DNA of 64,000 bases from an uncultured Chloroflexia bacterium (GTDB lineage Bacteria > Chloroflexota > Limnocylindria > Limnocylindrales > CSP1-4). The translations under genes and the position numbers were made by a program. The notes beneath the pieces were generated by a model that saw only the letters and a program-made list of their open reading frames with translations, searched no databases and had not been told where the DNA came from. Numbering within the stretch: the stretch's first letter is position 1; each line of letters begins with the position of its first letter. The stretch is taken from positions 81,487-145,486 of the forward strand of contig CAVQKO010000013.1 in NCBI GenBank assembly GCA_963713075.1, in the 5' to 3' direction. This document shows, piece by piece, positions 9,875 to 19,022 of this stretch.

Positions 9875-9898
9875 CCGGATGACGGGCCGTCATGACGG
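9875..9898. repeat. palindromic motif copy a (ccggATGACGGgCCGTCATGACGG)
   Basis: A perfect 7-bp inverted repeat, ATGACGG-g-CCGTCAT, overlaps the palindrome CCGTCATGACGG. It lies between the Cys-rich gene and yggT. Confidence 0.6.
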
Positions 9899-10004
9899 CA
9901 GAGCGTCCCAGGCGCTTACTGCGAGCACAGCATTGGCCGGAGTGTCGCCCGGCGACGGTCACCAGACCCCGCTTCCCCGGATGCCGAAGGCATGGGAGGC
10001 CATC

Positions 10005-10421
10005 ATGGCCATCGACCAGACCGACCGAACTGTCATCACCCAGGAGTCCACGCCGACAGGCCAGGAGTCGACGCGTATGGCGACGCGTCGCGTCACGGCG
10101 TCGGGCCCCGGCGGGGCCGAGACGGGCCGACGCATCATGGTCCTCGTCTTCGGGCTCGTCCAGATCGTCATCGGAGCGCGCATCGTCCTGCTCCTACTCG
10201 ACGCACGGGAAGCGAACGGCATCGTCTCCGCGGTCCTGAACATCAGCCAGGTGTTCGTGGCCCCATTCGAGGGCATGCTGCGGACGGACGCCCTCCACTC
10301 GGCGGGCACCACGCTCGACGTGACGGCCGTCGTCGCGCTCGTCGGCTGGACCGTCCTCGAGCTCGTCGCGCTCTGGGTCATCGGCATCTTCGCCCGCCGA
10401 TCGGCTGCGGCGGCCATCTGA
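10005..10421 (+). CDS. YggT-family membrane protein
   Basis: ATG at 10005 with GGGAGG 5 nt upstream. The product is hydrophobic ('IMVLVFGLVQIVIGARIVLLLLD...VFVAPFEGMLRTD...GTTLDVTAVVALVGWTVLE'), with YggT-like repeats. Confidence 0.6.
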   Translation: MAIDQTDRTVITQESTPTGQESTRMATRRVTASGPGGAETGRRIMVLVFGLVQIVIGARIVLLLLDAREANGIVSAVLNISQVFVAPFEGMLRTDALHSAGTTLDVTAVVALVGWTVLELVALWVIGIFARRSAAAAI

Positions 10422-10507
10422 CCACCTTCCCCATCGCGGACGGGAGCGATTCCCGCCCAGCCGCGCGGCCCGCGAACGGACGCCGCGCCACGAAAGGACC
10501 AGTCACC

Positions 10508-10777
10508 ATGGGCATCATCGCCTGGCTCGTGCTCGGCGCCATCGCCGGGTTCATCGCCAACCTGATCATGGGCGGAGGCGAGGGCCTCGTCATGATGGTC
10601 GTCCTCGGGATCGTCGGCGCCGTCGTCGGCGGCTTCGTCGCCGGGACCGTGCTCGGCATCGCCGACGTCACGGGCCTCAACGTGAGCAGCCTCCTCGTCG
10701 CCGTGTTCGGCGCGGTGATCGTCATCCTCGGCGCCCGGATCATCCGGCCGAGCGGCGTGAGCCGTGTCGCCCGATGA
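10508..10777 (+). CDS. GlsB/YeaQ/YmgE-family stress membrane protein
   Basis: ATG at 10508 with AAAGGA upstream. 'MGIIAWLVLGAIAGFIANLIMGG...GIVGAVVGGFV' carries the family signature. Confidence 0.75.
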   Translation: MGIIAWLVLGAIAGFIANLIMGGGEGLVMMVVLGIVGAVVGGFVAGTVLGIADVTGLNVSSLLVAVFGAVIVILGARIIRPSGVSRVAR

Positions 10778-10956
10778 GCGACCAGCACACCAAGGGTGCC
10801 GTCAACGAGGCCAAGGGCGCCGTGAAGGAGGCCGCCGGCAGGGTATCCGGCGACCGCAAGCTCGAGACGAAGGGCGAGGCCCAGAAGGTCCAGGGCAAGG
10901 TCCAGGGCCACATCGGAGTCGCCGCCGACGCCGTCTCTGGAGACCGCCACATCTGA
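10774..10956 (+). CDS. csbD: CsbD-family general stress protein
   Basis: ATGA overlap with the preceding gene. 'MSDQHTKGAVNEAKGAVKEAAGRVSGDRKLETKGEAQKVQGKVQG' is a CsbD repeat pattern. Confidence 0.75.
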   Translation: MSDQHTKGAVNEAKGAVKEAAGRVSGDRKLETKGEAQKVQGKVQGHIGVAADAVSGDRHI

Positions 10957-10965
10957 CCCGCGCGA

Positions 10966-11007
10966 GAGGTGCGGCGGCCATGCCGGTCGGTGTGGCCGCC
11001 GCACCTC
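10966..11007. terminator. bidirectional stem-loop terminator between convergent csbD and GH130 genes
   Basis: Perfect 15-bp inverted repeat gaggtgcggcggcca/tggccgccgcacctc with a 12-nt loop. Confidence 0.6.
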
Positions 11008-11095
11008 CGCATGGCCCTCGCCTCGACGGCCACCCGATCCCCGCCGTCGCCTCGTCCTGCCGCGAGGTGCCGCCGTCGCGCTCGAGGACTGTCGG

Positions 11096-12214
11096 TCAGC
11101 CCGATCGACGCAGGCGGGCCACTCCGATCCGCGAATCGGCCATGCCGTAGTAGACGTCGTAGGCGGCCGGTCCGTCCCCGTGAGCCGTCTCGATGGCCGT
11201 CGGGAACACGACCTCCGGGACGACCCCAGACCGCTCCTCCGCGAGCTCGGGCTCGAGTAGGGGCTCGGCCGAGCGGGCAACCACGTGCGTCACGTCGGCC
11301 GCGTCGAGGACGAGCGCCCCCGCGCTGTAGCGCAGGTCGGGCGGCGGGGTCAGGTCGCGAGTGGGTGTTCCCGAAGCTCCGTGGTAGAGGACCAGCCAGC
11401 CCTCCGCGATGCGGATCGGCGGCGTGCCGCCCCCGATCTTCAGGCCTTCCCATGCCTGCTCGGGGAGGGCCACCAGGCGGTGCCCCCCGAGGCGGGCCAG
11501 GGCGCGCAGGTCCGCCTCGACCGCCTCCGCGGCGACGAAGCTCACCCAGATCCCGGGACGCGTGTCCGTCAGCCCCGCGGGCAGCGACTCGTCCTCGCCT
11601 GGGCGGCCGAGCGAGAGGTCCCAGATCGGGCGGTGGAGCATGGCGTAGGCGGGCCTCCCGTCCGGGCCCGCGACGGGCTCTGGGAACAGGAGCGCGTCCT
11701 TGTTCGGGTACAGGTTCAGGTCGGTGGCCAGTCCGGGATCGTAGGCGAACGAGACCGGGCCGAGCCGCTCCCACCGTTCGAGGTCGGCGGATGCGGCGAG
11801 GCCGATCCGCGGGCCGAACGGGCCGTAGGCGGCATAGGTCATGAGCCAACGGCCGAGCCGCGGCACGAAGGTGATCCGCGGATCCTCGACCCCGCCGCCG
11901 CCCGCGTGCACCTCCCAGGGTTCGCGCGGCTCGAGGACCAGGCCCTGGCGCTCGACGTCAACCGGGATCCCGGTCGGATTGAAGACGACCCGGGCGCGCC
12001 CGATGCGCGAGTAGTTGCCCGCAGCGACCATCCGGGGGAAGAGGATGACGTCCTCGCCCAGCCTCGCCGTCGCCGGGTTGAGCACGCCCAGCGCCTCGGC
12101 AGGGTCGCCGGCGATCGGTGACATCAGGAGGCCGAGCCGCTCCATGCGGAAAGGGAACGGAGCCGCGGCCCTAGGACCGGCGGCCCCGTCCAGGGCGACG
12201 GCCGGTTGCGTCAT
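11096..12214 (-). CDS. glycoside hydrolase family 130 (beta-mannoside phosphorylase-like)
   Basis: ATG at 12214 overlaps the upstream permease stop (ATGA). 'VFNPTG...EDPRITFV...YAAYGP' is the GH130 five-bladed propeller pattern. Confidence 0.85.
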   Translation of the reverse strand: MTQPAVALDGAAGPRAAAPFPFRMERLGLLMSPIAGDPAEALGVLNPATARLGEDVILFPRMVAAGNYSRIGRARVVFNPTGIPVDVERQGLVLEPREPWEVHAGGGGVEDPRITFVPRLGRWLMTYAAYGPFGPRIGLAASADLERWERLGPVSFAYDPGLATDLNLYPNKDALLFPEPVAGPDGRPAYAMLHRPIWDLSLGRPGEDESLPAGLTDTRPGIWVSFVAAEAVEADLRALARLGGHRLVALPEQAWEGLKIGGGTPPIRIAEGWLVLYHGASGTPTRDLTPPPDLRYSAGALVLDAADVTHVVARSAEPLLEPELAEERSGVVPEVVFPTAIETAHGDGPAAYDVYYGMADSRIGVARLRRSG

Positions 12215-13113
12215 CCCTTGACCGCCGAGCCGAGGTTCGACTCGATGAACTCGCGCTGGAAGATGACGAAGACGACCACCGCCGGGATGACCAGCACCAC
12301 GGCGCCGGCAAGGATCGACCCGAACGGGTTCGCCGCCCGCGCGGCGACCGTCGAGATGTAGTTCGCCAGCGCGACGGCGAGTGGTTGCAGGTCGTGCTGC
12401 TTGGTGATCAAGAACGGCCACAGGAACTCGTTCCACGGCCCGATGAAGGTGACGATCATCGCCGTGACGATGGCCGGCCGCGCCAGCGGGATGGCGATCT
12501 GGCGCAGGATCGCGATCTCGGACGCACCGTCGATGCGGGCCGAGTCGAACAGGTCCCGGGGCAGCTGCAGGAAGAACTGGCGGAAGATGAACACTGCCGT
12601 GGCGTTCACCGCGAAGGGCAGGATCATCCCGAGGTAGCTGTCCGCGAGGCCATAGGAACGCACGATCAGCACGTACAGCGGGATCATGAACAGCTGGAAC
12701 GGCAGCACCAGGATCAGCATCATGGCGTTGAAGACCACGCTCCGCCCGCGGAACTCGAGCTGGGCCAGGGCATAGCCCGCTAGCAGCCCGATGAAGAAGG
12801 TCGCCAGCAGAACGCCGCCGGTGAAGAGCCCCGAGTTGACCAGCGTTCGGACCAGGTCCACCTGCGCGTTGATGTCGGCGAAGTTGGCGAGGGTCAGGTT
12901 GCCCGGGTCCGGGAACGCGCCGGAGATGCCGCTGTTCGGCGCGCGCTGCAGCGCCCCGACGATCATGTAGTAGAAGGGGAACAGGAAGAGCACCGCCCCG
13001 ACCACGAGCGCGACCACGCCAAGCGCCCGGTGCCATGAGAAGCGCCTGCGCGGCTGACTTCGGGCGCCGACGGTGGGGTGCGAGCCGGGAACGGCTGCGG
13101 CAGGTGTCGACAT
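12211..13113 (-). CDS. carbohydrate ABC transporter permease (MalG-like)
   Basis: Six transmembrane segments and an EAA-like loop ('ARIDGASEIAILRQIAIPLARPA'). Confidence 0.9.
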   Translation of the reverse strand: MSTPAAAVPGSHPTVGARSQPRRRFSWHRALGVVALVVGAVLFLFPFYYMIVGALQRAPNSGISGAFPDPGNLTLANFADINAQVDLVRTLVNSGLFTGGVLLATFFIGLLAGYALAQLEFRGRSVVFNAMMLILVLPFQLFMIPLYVLIVRSYGLADSYLGMILPFAVNATAVFIFRQFFLQLPRDLFDSARIDGASEIAILRQIAIPLARPAIVTAMIVTFIGPWNEFLWPFLITKQHDLQPLAVALANYISTVAARAANPFGSILAGAVVLVIPAVVVFVIFQREFIESNLGSAVKG

Positions 13114-13119
13114 CGTCGT

Positions 13120-14040
13120 CTAGTCCTTCTCGAGCACGAATCGGTTGATCGCGGAGATGGTCATCACGATGACCGCCAGGACGACGCCGATCGCCGCGGC
13201 ATAACCCGCGTGCCCCTGTTCGATGCCCTGCTGGTACATGTACAGGACGGGCGACATGGACGCCCCGCTCGGGCCGCCGCCACCAGTGAGCAGGTACGGC
13301 TCGGTGAACAGGTTGGCCCCGACGATGGTGGCCAGCACGACGACCAGGGTCGTCACGGACCTCACGCCCGGGATCGTGATCGACGTGAACTTCCGGACGA
13401 CGCCGGCGCCGTCGACGTCGGCCGCCTCGTACAGCTCGCGCGGGATGTTCTGCAGCGCGGCCAGGTACAGGATGACGTAGAAGCCGAGCTGCTTCCACGT
13501 CACCACGAGGGCGATGATCGGCATCGCCAGCAGGTCGTTGACGAGCCACGACGGGCTGGGGGCCAGCGGGCCGAGGACGCCGTTGATGAGCCCGCTGCCG
13601 GAGAACAGCCAGAGCCAGACGCCGATGACGGCCACGCTGGCGGTGACATACGGGATGTAGTAGGCGACGCGGAAGAAGGCCCGGAACGGGAGCTTGGCGT
13701 TCAGCGCTGAGGCGAGCACCAGCGACAGGAGCACCGTGAGGGGCACGTTGATGACGATGAACTCGGCCACGTTGAGGATCGAGCGCTGGAAGACCGGGTC
13801 GCCGAGGACCGCGGTGTAGTTGCTCAGCCCGACGAACGGGCGGTCGACGTTGGCCCCGGGTGCGGCGAAGAAGTAGTTGAAGAACGAGATGTAGAGGGCG
13901 ACCAGCAGCGGGTAGGCGAACAGGCCGCCGAGGAACAGCACGTACGGCGCGATGAACGCATAGCCGATCGGGTCGCGCCCGAACAGCCGGCGCATCCGAT
14001 CGCGATGACCGATGGGGTGTCCGGCGGCCGTGATCGCCAT
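13120..14040 (-). CDS. carbohydrate ABC transporter permease (MalF-like)
   Basis: EAA loop 'EAADVDGAGVVRKFTSITIPGVR' within a multi-transmembrane protein. Confidence 0.9.
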   Translation of the reverse strand: MAITAAGHPIGHRDRMRRLFGRDPIGYAFIAPYVLFLGGLFAYPLLVALYISFFNYFFAAPGANVDRPFVGLSNYTAVLGDPVFQRSILNVAEFIVINVPLTVLLSLVLASALNAKLPFRAFFRVAYYIPYVTASVAVIGVWLWLFSGSGLINGVLGPLAPSPSWLVNDLLAMPIIALVVTWKQLGFYVILYLAALQNIPRELYEAADVDGAGVVRKFTSITIPGVRSVTTLVVVLATIVGANLFTEPYLLTGGGGPSGASMSPVLYMYQQGIEQGHAGYAAAIGVVLAVIVMTISAINRFVLEKD

Positions 14041-14044
14041 CGCG

Positions 14045-15367
14045 TCAGTTCCCGCTGACGAGGGTCTTGATCTTGTCGGCCGCGGTCTGGAAGGCCTGGT
14101 CGACCGGCGTCTTGCCGAAGATCACCGACGAGGTGTAGGCGTCGCGGAACGTCTGCCACATCTCGACAGAGTTGGCCACGCTCGGCACCTCGACCGTGCG
14201 ACTCGCCTGGTCGGCGAAGGCGGCGTACTCAGGATGCGCCGCGAAGTAGTCCGGGTACGCAGCTGCGAGGTCCGTCCGCATCGGCATCTGGCCGGTCAGC
14301 GTGAGCAGCTGGCTGTCGCTGTCCTTGCTCGTGGTGAACTTGAGGAACGACCAGGCGGTGCCGAGATTCGTGCAGCTCGAGTACAGCCCGATCGACTTCT
14401 CGTCGCTGAAGGTGTGGATGTCGCCCGCTGCCATGCCGTCCTTGGTCGGCACCGGAACGGCTCCCCACTTGATCTTGTCGCCGTAGACCGCGATCGCCCA
14501 CGGCCCGACGATCGCCATGGCCGCCTTCTGGTCAGCAAAGGAATCGCCCTGGTACGCCTCGTTGGGGACGAGCTTCTGGTCGTAGAGGCTCTTCCAGAAG
14601 TTCGCGACCGCCAGTCCATCCGGGCCGTTGAACTGCGGGACGCCCCCCTCGACCAGCTGCTTGCCGCCGGTCTGGGCGATGAACAGCGGGTAGAAGTCGA
14701 ACCACGGCTGATAGAAGTCGGAGCTCGGCGAAGGCCAGATCGCCGCCTGCACCCCGCCCTTGGCCACGAGGGTCTTGGCGGTCGCGAGGAAGTCCGCGTA
14801 GGTCGTGAGCGGCGGGTTGTCCGTCGGCAGGCCGGCCTTGGCGAAGACCGTCTTGTTGTAGAAGATCATGACGGGGTTGGTCTTCCACGGCATCTGGTAG
14901 AACTTGCCGTCGGTGAACTTGTACTGGTCCGCGCGGGCACCGGTACGGGCCTCGATGTAGCTGACGCCGTCGGGGAAGGAGTCGAGCGCCACAAGGCCGC
15001 CCTGCTTCTCGAACTGGGGCACGGCCGCCGGCGACGTGTTGTAGATCAGGCACGGGGTGTTGCCGGCCGTGATCGAGGCGCCGATGACCTCCTCGGAGCT
15101 CTTGCCCGCGGGGATCTGATCGCCGGTGACCAGCTGGTCCGGGTGGTCCTTGTTCCAGGCGGCCACCATGGCCTCGCCCCAGGCGACCTCCTCGGCGTTG
15201 TTCGAGTACCAGATCTTGATCGGCCCGGTGGCGCTCATGGCGCTCGCGGCGGCACTGCTACCGCCACTCGCGGGCGCGCCGCCCCCGCCGTTGTCGCTGA
15301 TGCACCCTGCGGTGAGCAGGACCAGGGCGGCGGCGATGCCGCCGACGCGGAGCCACGTGCGAGCCAT
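14045..15367 (-). CDS. ABC transporter sugar-binding lipoprotein (family 1 solute-binding protein)
   Basis: ATG at 15367 with GAGAGG 7 nt upstream. Signal peptide plus lipobox 'LLTAGC'. The length and composition are typical of a solute-binding protein. Confidence 0.85.
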   Translation of the reverse strand: MARTWLRVGGIAAALVLLTAGCISDNGGGGAPASGGSSAAASAMSATGPIKIWYSNNAEEVAWGEAMVAAWNKDHPDQLVTGDQIPAGKSSEEVIGASITAGNTPCLIYNTSPAAVPQFEKQGGLVALDSFPDGVSYIEARTGARADQYKFTDGKFYQMPWKTNPVMIFYNKTVFAKAGLPTDNPPLTTYADFLATAKTLVAKGGVQAAIWPSPSSDFYQPWFDFYPLFIAQTGGKQLVEGGVPQFNGPDGLAVANFWKSLYDQKLVPNEAYQGDSFADQKAAMAIVGPWAIAVYGDKIKWGAVPVPTKDGMAAGDIHTFSDEKSIGLYSSCTNLGTAWSFLKFTTSKDSDSQLLTLTGQMPMRTDLAAAYPDYFAAHPEYAAFADQASRTVEVPSVANSVEMWQTFRDAYTSSVIFGKTPVDQAFQTAADKIKTLVSGN

Positions 15368-15524
15368 GGCCATACCTCTCGTCTGCTGGGCGGCTTCAGG
15401 GAGAGCCATGGCGGCACCGCACTCGGCGAGCTCCGCGCGGCGGCTGCGCTCCTGAACCTCCTCACCCTTCCCGCCAAGCCAGGCAGTTGAAGGGACACGG
15501 CAAGTGTCGCGTAGGCCACCCTGG

Positions 15525-15545
15525 CGTCATTACGACCCGTCATGG
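15525..15545. repeat. palindromic motif copy g (degenerate: cGTCATtaCGACccGTCATGg)
   Basis: Shares the GTCAT...GTCATG core. It lies immediately 3' of the PRC-barrel remnant and about 160 nt upstream of the sugar-operon start. Confidence 0.4.
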
Positions 15546-15640
15546 AGCCGCGCGCGGCCCGAGACCCTCTTGGCGTTGTCGCCCAGCCGGCTGAGCGTGG
15601 GGAGCGCCCACGAGGCGTCGCGGTCGTCCGCAGCTCCTCG
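15530..15640 (-). pseudogene. decayed N-terminal fragment of a PRC-barrel gene
   Basis: About 57 nt are roughly 88% identical to the 5' end of the intact PRC-barrel gene at 20049-20106. The fragment encodes 'LPTLSRLGDNAKRVSG', compared with 'LPTLSRLGDNDKTVSG' in the intact gene. The upstream 'ATGTGGATCGAGGAG' resembles 'ATGACCATCGAGAAG' but is frameshifted, and the fragment ends in a stop after about 30 codons. Confidence 0.35.
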
Positions 15641-15719
15641 ATCCACATGAGCACAACGTCCTGAGCAGGCACGAAAGCCGTCAGCAGCGCGATAGGACGT
15701 CCCGGCTCGCGACGCCTGG

Positions 15720-15742
15720 CCGGATGACGCACCTTCATGACG
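15720..15742. repeat. palindromic motif copy h (ccggATGACGcaccTTCATGACG)
   Basis: Matches the consensus. It sits upstream, on the minus strand, of the PRC-barrel remnant. A 7-bp GGCTCGC sequence flanks it on both sides. Confidence 0.5.
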
Positions 15743-15905
15743 ACGCGGGCTCGCAGAGCATGCTTGCTGGCGCACGGCGCGGTGCATCGACCTCGAGCGA
15801 CCCCACGATCTCTCCGCAGGGCGGGGACGCGACGCCGAGTCGATCGTCGCGCCCCATCGGGAAGGGGATCACGATGCAGATCGAACTCGCCACGGTGGTG
15901 GATCG

Positions 15906-16151
15906 ATGATGGGGTACGACTGGGCAGGCGGGGGCAGCTGGGTCTGGATGCTCGGCGGACTCCTGCTCGTGATCGGCGTCATCGTCCTCGTCGTCTGGGC
16001 GTTCACGAGGGGCTCGCGCGCTGGCGCGACGCCAACGCTGGGTCCGTCGGGCCCGAACGCGAGCCAGATCCTCAGTGAACGGTTCGCCCGCGGCGAGATC
16101 ACCGAGCAGGAGTTCGAGCACGCAAAGAAGGCCCTCGGCCTGGACCGATGA
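15906..16151 (+). CDS. SHOCT-domain membrane protein
   Basis: N-terminal transmembrane segment followed by 'SQILSERFARGEITEQEFEHAKKALGL', which matches SHOCT. Confidence 0.6.
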   Translation: MMGYDWAGGGSWVWMLGGLLLVIGVIVLVVWAFTRGSRAGATPTLGPSGPNASQILSERFARGEITEQEFEHAKKALGLDR

Positions 16152-16669
16152 CCAGGCGAGCGCCTCTCTGGCTCGGCCTCGGCCTCGTCGCAGCGGCGCT
16201 CGTCATCCTTGGGATCGGACCCGTCGCCGGCACGCTCGGACTCGCTGGTCCGGGCCCCCGGAACCCCGGTGGCCCCGGGTCGATGATGGGGGGTGAGCCG
16301 ACGGCCGGCACGATGGCGGATCCCAATTCGTCCGACTTCGTTCCGGGCAGTGCAGCAGCGCCGCGAACCGTCAGCATCCTCGCCACGGCGCAGCTGCGCT
16401 TCGTGCCCGACGCCGTGACCGTCAGGCAGGGCGAGACGATCACCTTCGAGGTGACCACGATGGGCCCGCTCACCCATGAGTTCATGGTCGGGCCGGCGGC
16501 CGACGTCGCTGCCGACAGACCGGGAACCCCCGAGATCGCCGATCTCGGGATGATGGACACGCAGTCACTGACGTACACGTTCGCGGGCCCGGGTCCCTAC
16601 GCCTTCGCGTGCCACGCGACGGGTCACTACGAGGCGGGGATGACGGGGACGGTCGTCGTCGTTCCCTGA
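16148..16669 (+). CDS. cupredoxin (blue-copper) domain protein
   Basis: ATGA overlap with SHOCT. Signal-peptide-like N-terminus. Cu ligands 'HEFMVGP ... ACHATGHYEAGMTGTVVVV' (His, Cys, His, Met). Confidence 0.7.
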   Translation: MTRRAPLWLGLGLVAAALVILGIGPVAGTLGLAGPGPRNPGGPGSMMGGEPTAGTMADPNSSDFVPGSAAAPRTVSILATAQLRFVPDAVTVRQGETITFEVTTMGPLTHEFMVGPAADVAADRPGTPEIADLGMMDTQSLTYTFAGPGPYAFACHATGHYEAGMTGTVVVVP

Positions 16670-16721
16670 TCGGTCGGCGCGGGCGACGCCGGGATCGGCC
16701 CGGCGGGCGGGGAATGCTCCG

Positions 16722-18794
16722 TTACCCGCTGGCGCCCGCGGCGTCGCCCTGGTTGTCGCGCAGACGAAGACGCCGCAGGAGCTGGGCGTTCGCGGCGACG
16801 ATGATCGTCGATAGGCTCATCGCGATCGCTCCGACCGCCATGCCCAGGTCGATCCCCCAGGGAACGAGCACGCCGGCCGCGATCGGGATCGCCACGAGGT
16901 TGTAGCCGGTCGCCCAGACGAGGTTCTGGACCATCTTCCGGTAGGTCGCCCGCGAGAGGACGATCGCGCCCACGACGTCGCGCGGATCGCTCCGCACGAG
17001 CACGATGCCGGCCGACTCGATCGCCACGTCGGTGCCGGCGCCGATCGCGATCCCGACGTCCGCGGTGGCGAGGGCGGGCGCGTCGTTGACCCCGTCGCCG
17101 ACCATGGCGACCTTGCGGCCGCCGGCCTGGAAGCGCTTGACGGCGTCGGCCTTGTCGGCCGGCAGCACCTGGGCCGCCACCTCGTCGATCCCGAGCCTCC
17201 GGGCCACCGAGTCGGCGACCGCCCGGGCGTCGCCGGTGATCATGGCCACCTTCAGGCCCATCGCGTGGAGCCGCTCGACCGCCCCGGCCGACTCCGGGCG
17301 GATCTCGTCCTCGACCGCGAGGGCGCCGATGACCGCGCCGTCGGCGACGACGTGGAGGACGGTCCGGCCCCCCTCCGCCCAGGCCTCGCTCTCGGGCGCC
17401 GGCTGGAGCCCTGCGTCGGCCAGGAGCCGCGGGCCGCCCACGGCCACCTGCCGCCCGCCGACCGTCGCCCGGGCGCCGCGCCCGGCCAGCGCCTCGAACC
17501 CGGTGGCGGCGGCCGGCTCGATGCCGCGCGACCTCGCCCCGGCGACGATCGCCCGGGCGATCGGGTGCTCCGAGTCGGCCTCGACCGAGGCCGCCAGCCG
17601 GAGGAGCCCGGCCTCGTCGGCGCCGCTCACGGCGGCCAGCACCGGCTCGCCCTTCGTGAGGGTGCCCGTCTTGTCGAAGATCACCATGTCGAGCTGGCGC
17701 GCCCGCTCGAGGGCGATCCGGTCCTTGACGAGGAGGCCGTTCCGGGCGCCGAGCGAGGTCGAGATCGCGATGACGAGCGGGATCGCCAGGCCCAGCGCGT
17801 GCGGGCAGGCGATGACGAGCACGGTTGCCGTCCGCACCAGCGCTCCCTGGGGGTCCCCCGCGAGCCACCAGAAGCCGAGCGTGAGCGCGGCGGAGGCGAG
17901 CGCGACGTAGAACAGGATCGCGGCCGCCCGGTCCGCGAGGGCCTGGGCCCGCGATGCGGAGGCCTGCGCCGTCGCGACCATCTGCATGATCCCCGAGAGC
18001 GCCGTCTCCTCCCCGACGGCGGAGACGCGGACCCGCAGGCTGCCGCCCGCGGCGACGGTCCCGGCGATGACCTTCGCCCCCGCCTCCTTGGCGACCGCCC
18101 GGGACTCGCCCGTGATCATCGACTCGTCTGCGTCGGCCGAGCCCTCGGCCACCTCTCCGTCGGCAGGTACCCGTGTGCCCGGCCGGACGAGGACGAGGTC
18201 GCCCACGGCGAGCGCGTCGAGCGGGACCGTCTCGATCCCGCTGTCGGTCACCCGCTCGGCGGTGTCGGGCAGGAGCTCCGCCAGCGCCGAGAGCGCGCCG
18301 CGGGCCTGGGCGATCGAGCGCATCTCGAGCCAGTGGCCGAGCAGCATGATCGTGATGAGCGACGCGAGCTCCCACCAGATCTCGACCTTGAACAGCCCCA
18401 GGGTCCCGGCCCAGCTCGTGGCGAAGGCGACGAGGATCGCGAGGCTGATCAGCGTCATCATCCCGGGCTTGCGGCCGGCGAGCTCGCCGCGCGCGCCGCG
18501 CAGGAACACGAGGCCGCCGTAGAGGAAGACCACCGTGCCCAGGACCGGCGGGATCAGCGCGCCGCCCGGGAACGCAGGGGCGGTGTAGCCGAGCCAGTGC
18601 TCGAGGTCGGGGCTCCAGACCACGACCGGGACCGTCAGTGCCAGGCTCAGCCAGAACTTGTCGCGGAACATCGCGACGGAGTGGCCCTCGTGCCGGTCAT
18701 GCGCAGTGCCGGCTGCCGACGCATGGGCGTTGTGGTCGGGGTCAGCCGGGGCGTTCGTGGCCTGTTCGCGGCGGCCGTGCGTCGTGTGATCCAT
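16722..18794 (-). CDS. P1B-type heavy-metal (copper) translocating ATPase, CopB-like (CPH motif, His-rich N-terminus)
   Basis: Motifs 'DKTGTLT', 'GDGVNDAPAL' and TM6 'CPH'. The N-terminal tail is His-rich (HGRRE...DHNAHASAAGTAHDRHEGH). Confidence 0.9.
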   Translation of the reverse strand: MDHTTHGRREQATNAPADPDHNAHASAAGTAHDRHEGHSVAMFRDKFWLSLALTVPVVVWSPDLEHWLGYTAPAFPGGALIPPVLGTVVFLYGGLVFLRGARGELAGRKPGMMTLISLAILVAFATSWAGTLGLFKVEIWWELASLITIMLLGHWLEMRSIAQARGALSALAELLPDTAERVTDSGIETVPLDALAVGDLVLVRPGTRVPADGEVAEGSADADESMITGESRAVAKEAGAKVIAGTVAAGGSLRVRVSAVGEETALSGIMQMVATAQASASRAQALADRAAAILFYVALASAALTLGFWWLAGDPQGALVRTATVLVIACPHALGLAIPLVIAISTSLGARNGLLVKDRIALERARQLDMVIFDKTGTLTKGEPVLAAVSGADEAGLLRLAASVEADSEHPIARAIVAGARSRGIEPAAATGFEALAGRGARATVGGRQVAVGGPRLLADAGLQPAPESEAWAEGGRTVLHVVADGAVIGALAVEDEIRPESAGAVERLHAMGLKVAMITGDARAVADSVARRLGIDEVAAQVLPADKADAVKRFQAGGRKVAMVGDGVNDAPALATADVGIAIGAGTDVAIESAGIVLVRSDPRDVVGAIVLSRATYRKMVQNLVWATGYNLVAIPIAAGVLVPWGIDLGMAVGAIAMSLSTIIVAANAQLLRRLRLRDNQGDAAGASG

Positions 18795-18821
18795 CTCGCC
18801 TCTGGTCGACGGCCCCTGTCC

Positions 18822-19022
18822 CTACCAGCGGAAGGTGCCGCTCACGAACAGGCCTGTCATCGCGACCATCATGATGATGGCGATCACGGCCGCCGTACCC
18901 CGAACGGCCCTCGAGAGGTGGTACGGGTTCCCGGTCGTCGCCTCGTAGGCGCGAGTCTCCCGATCGTGCTCCTGGCGGTCGTTCCTGTTCCGGCGGCTCT
19001 CGCTCTCGCTCTCGCCGGGCAT
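18822..19022 (-). CDS. small protein with C-terminal transmembrane segment (hypothetical)
   Basis: The ATG at 19022 directly abuts the TAG of the upstream DUF1269 gene (TAGATG), suggesting coupling. The C-terminus is hydrophobic ('AAVIAIIMMVAMTGLFV'). Confidence 0.35.
   Translation of the reverse strand: MPGESESESRRNRNDRQEHDRETRAYEATTGNPYHLSRAVRGTAAVIAIIMMVAMTGLFVSGTFRW

Noticed and set aside
13141-13160. Palindrome GGTCATCACGATGACC inside a permease gene
   Set aside because: It lies within coding sequence of a well-supported ABC permease and lacks the CGTCATGACG core, so it is probably coincidental.
15856-15909. 11-aa micro-ORF 'MQIELATVVDR' with a good Shine-Dalgarno sequence overlapping the SHOCT start
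   Set aside because: Too short to support. It may merely reflect the ribosome-binding region of the SHOCT gene.
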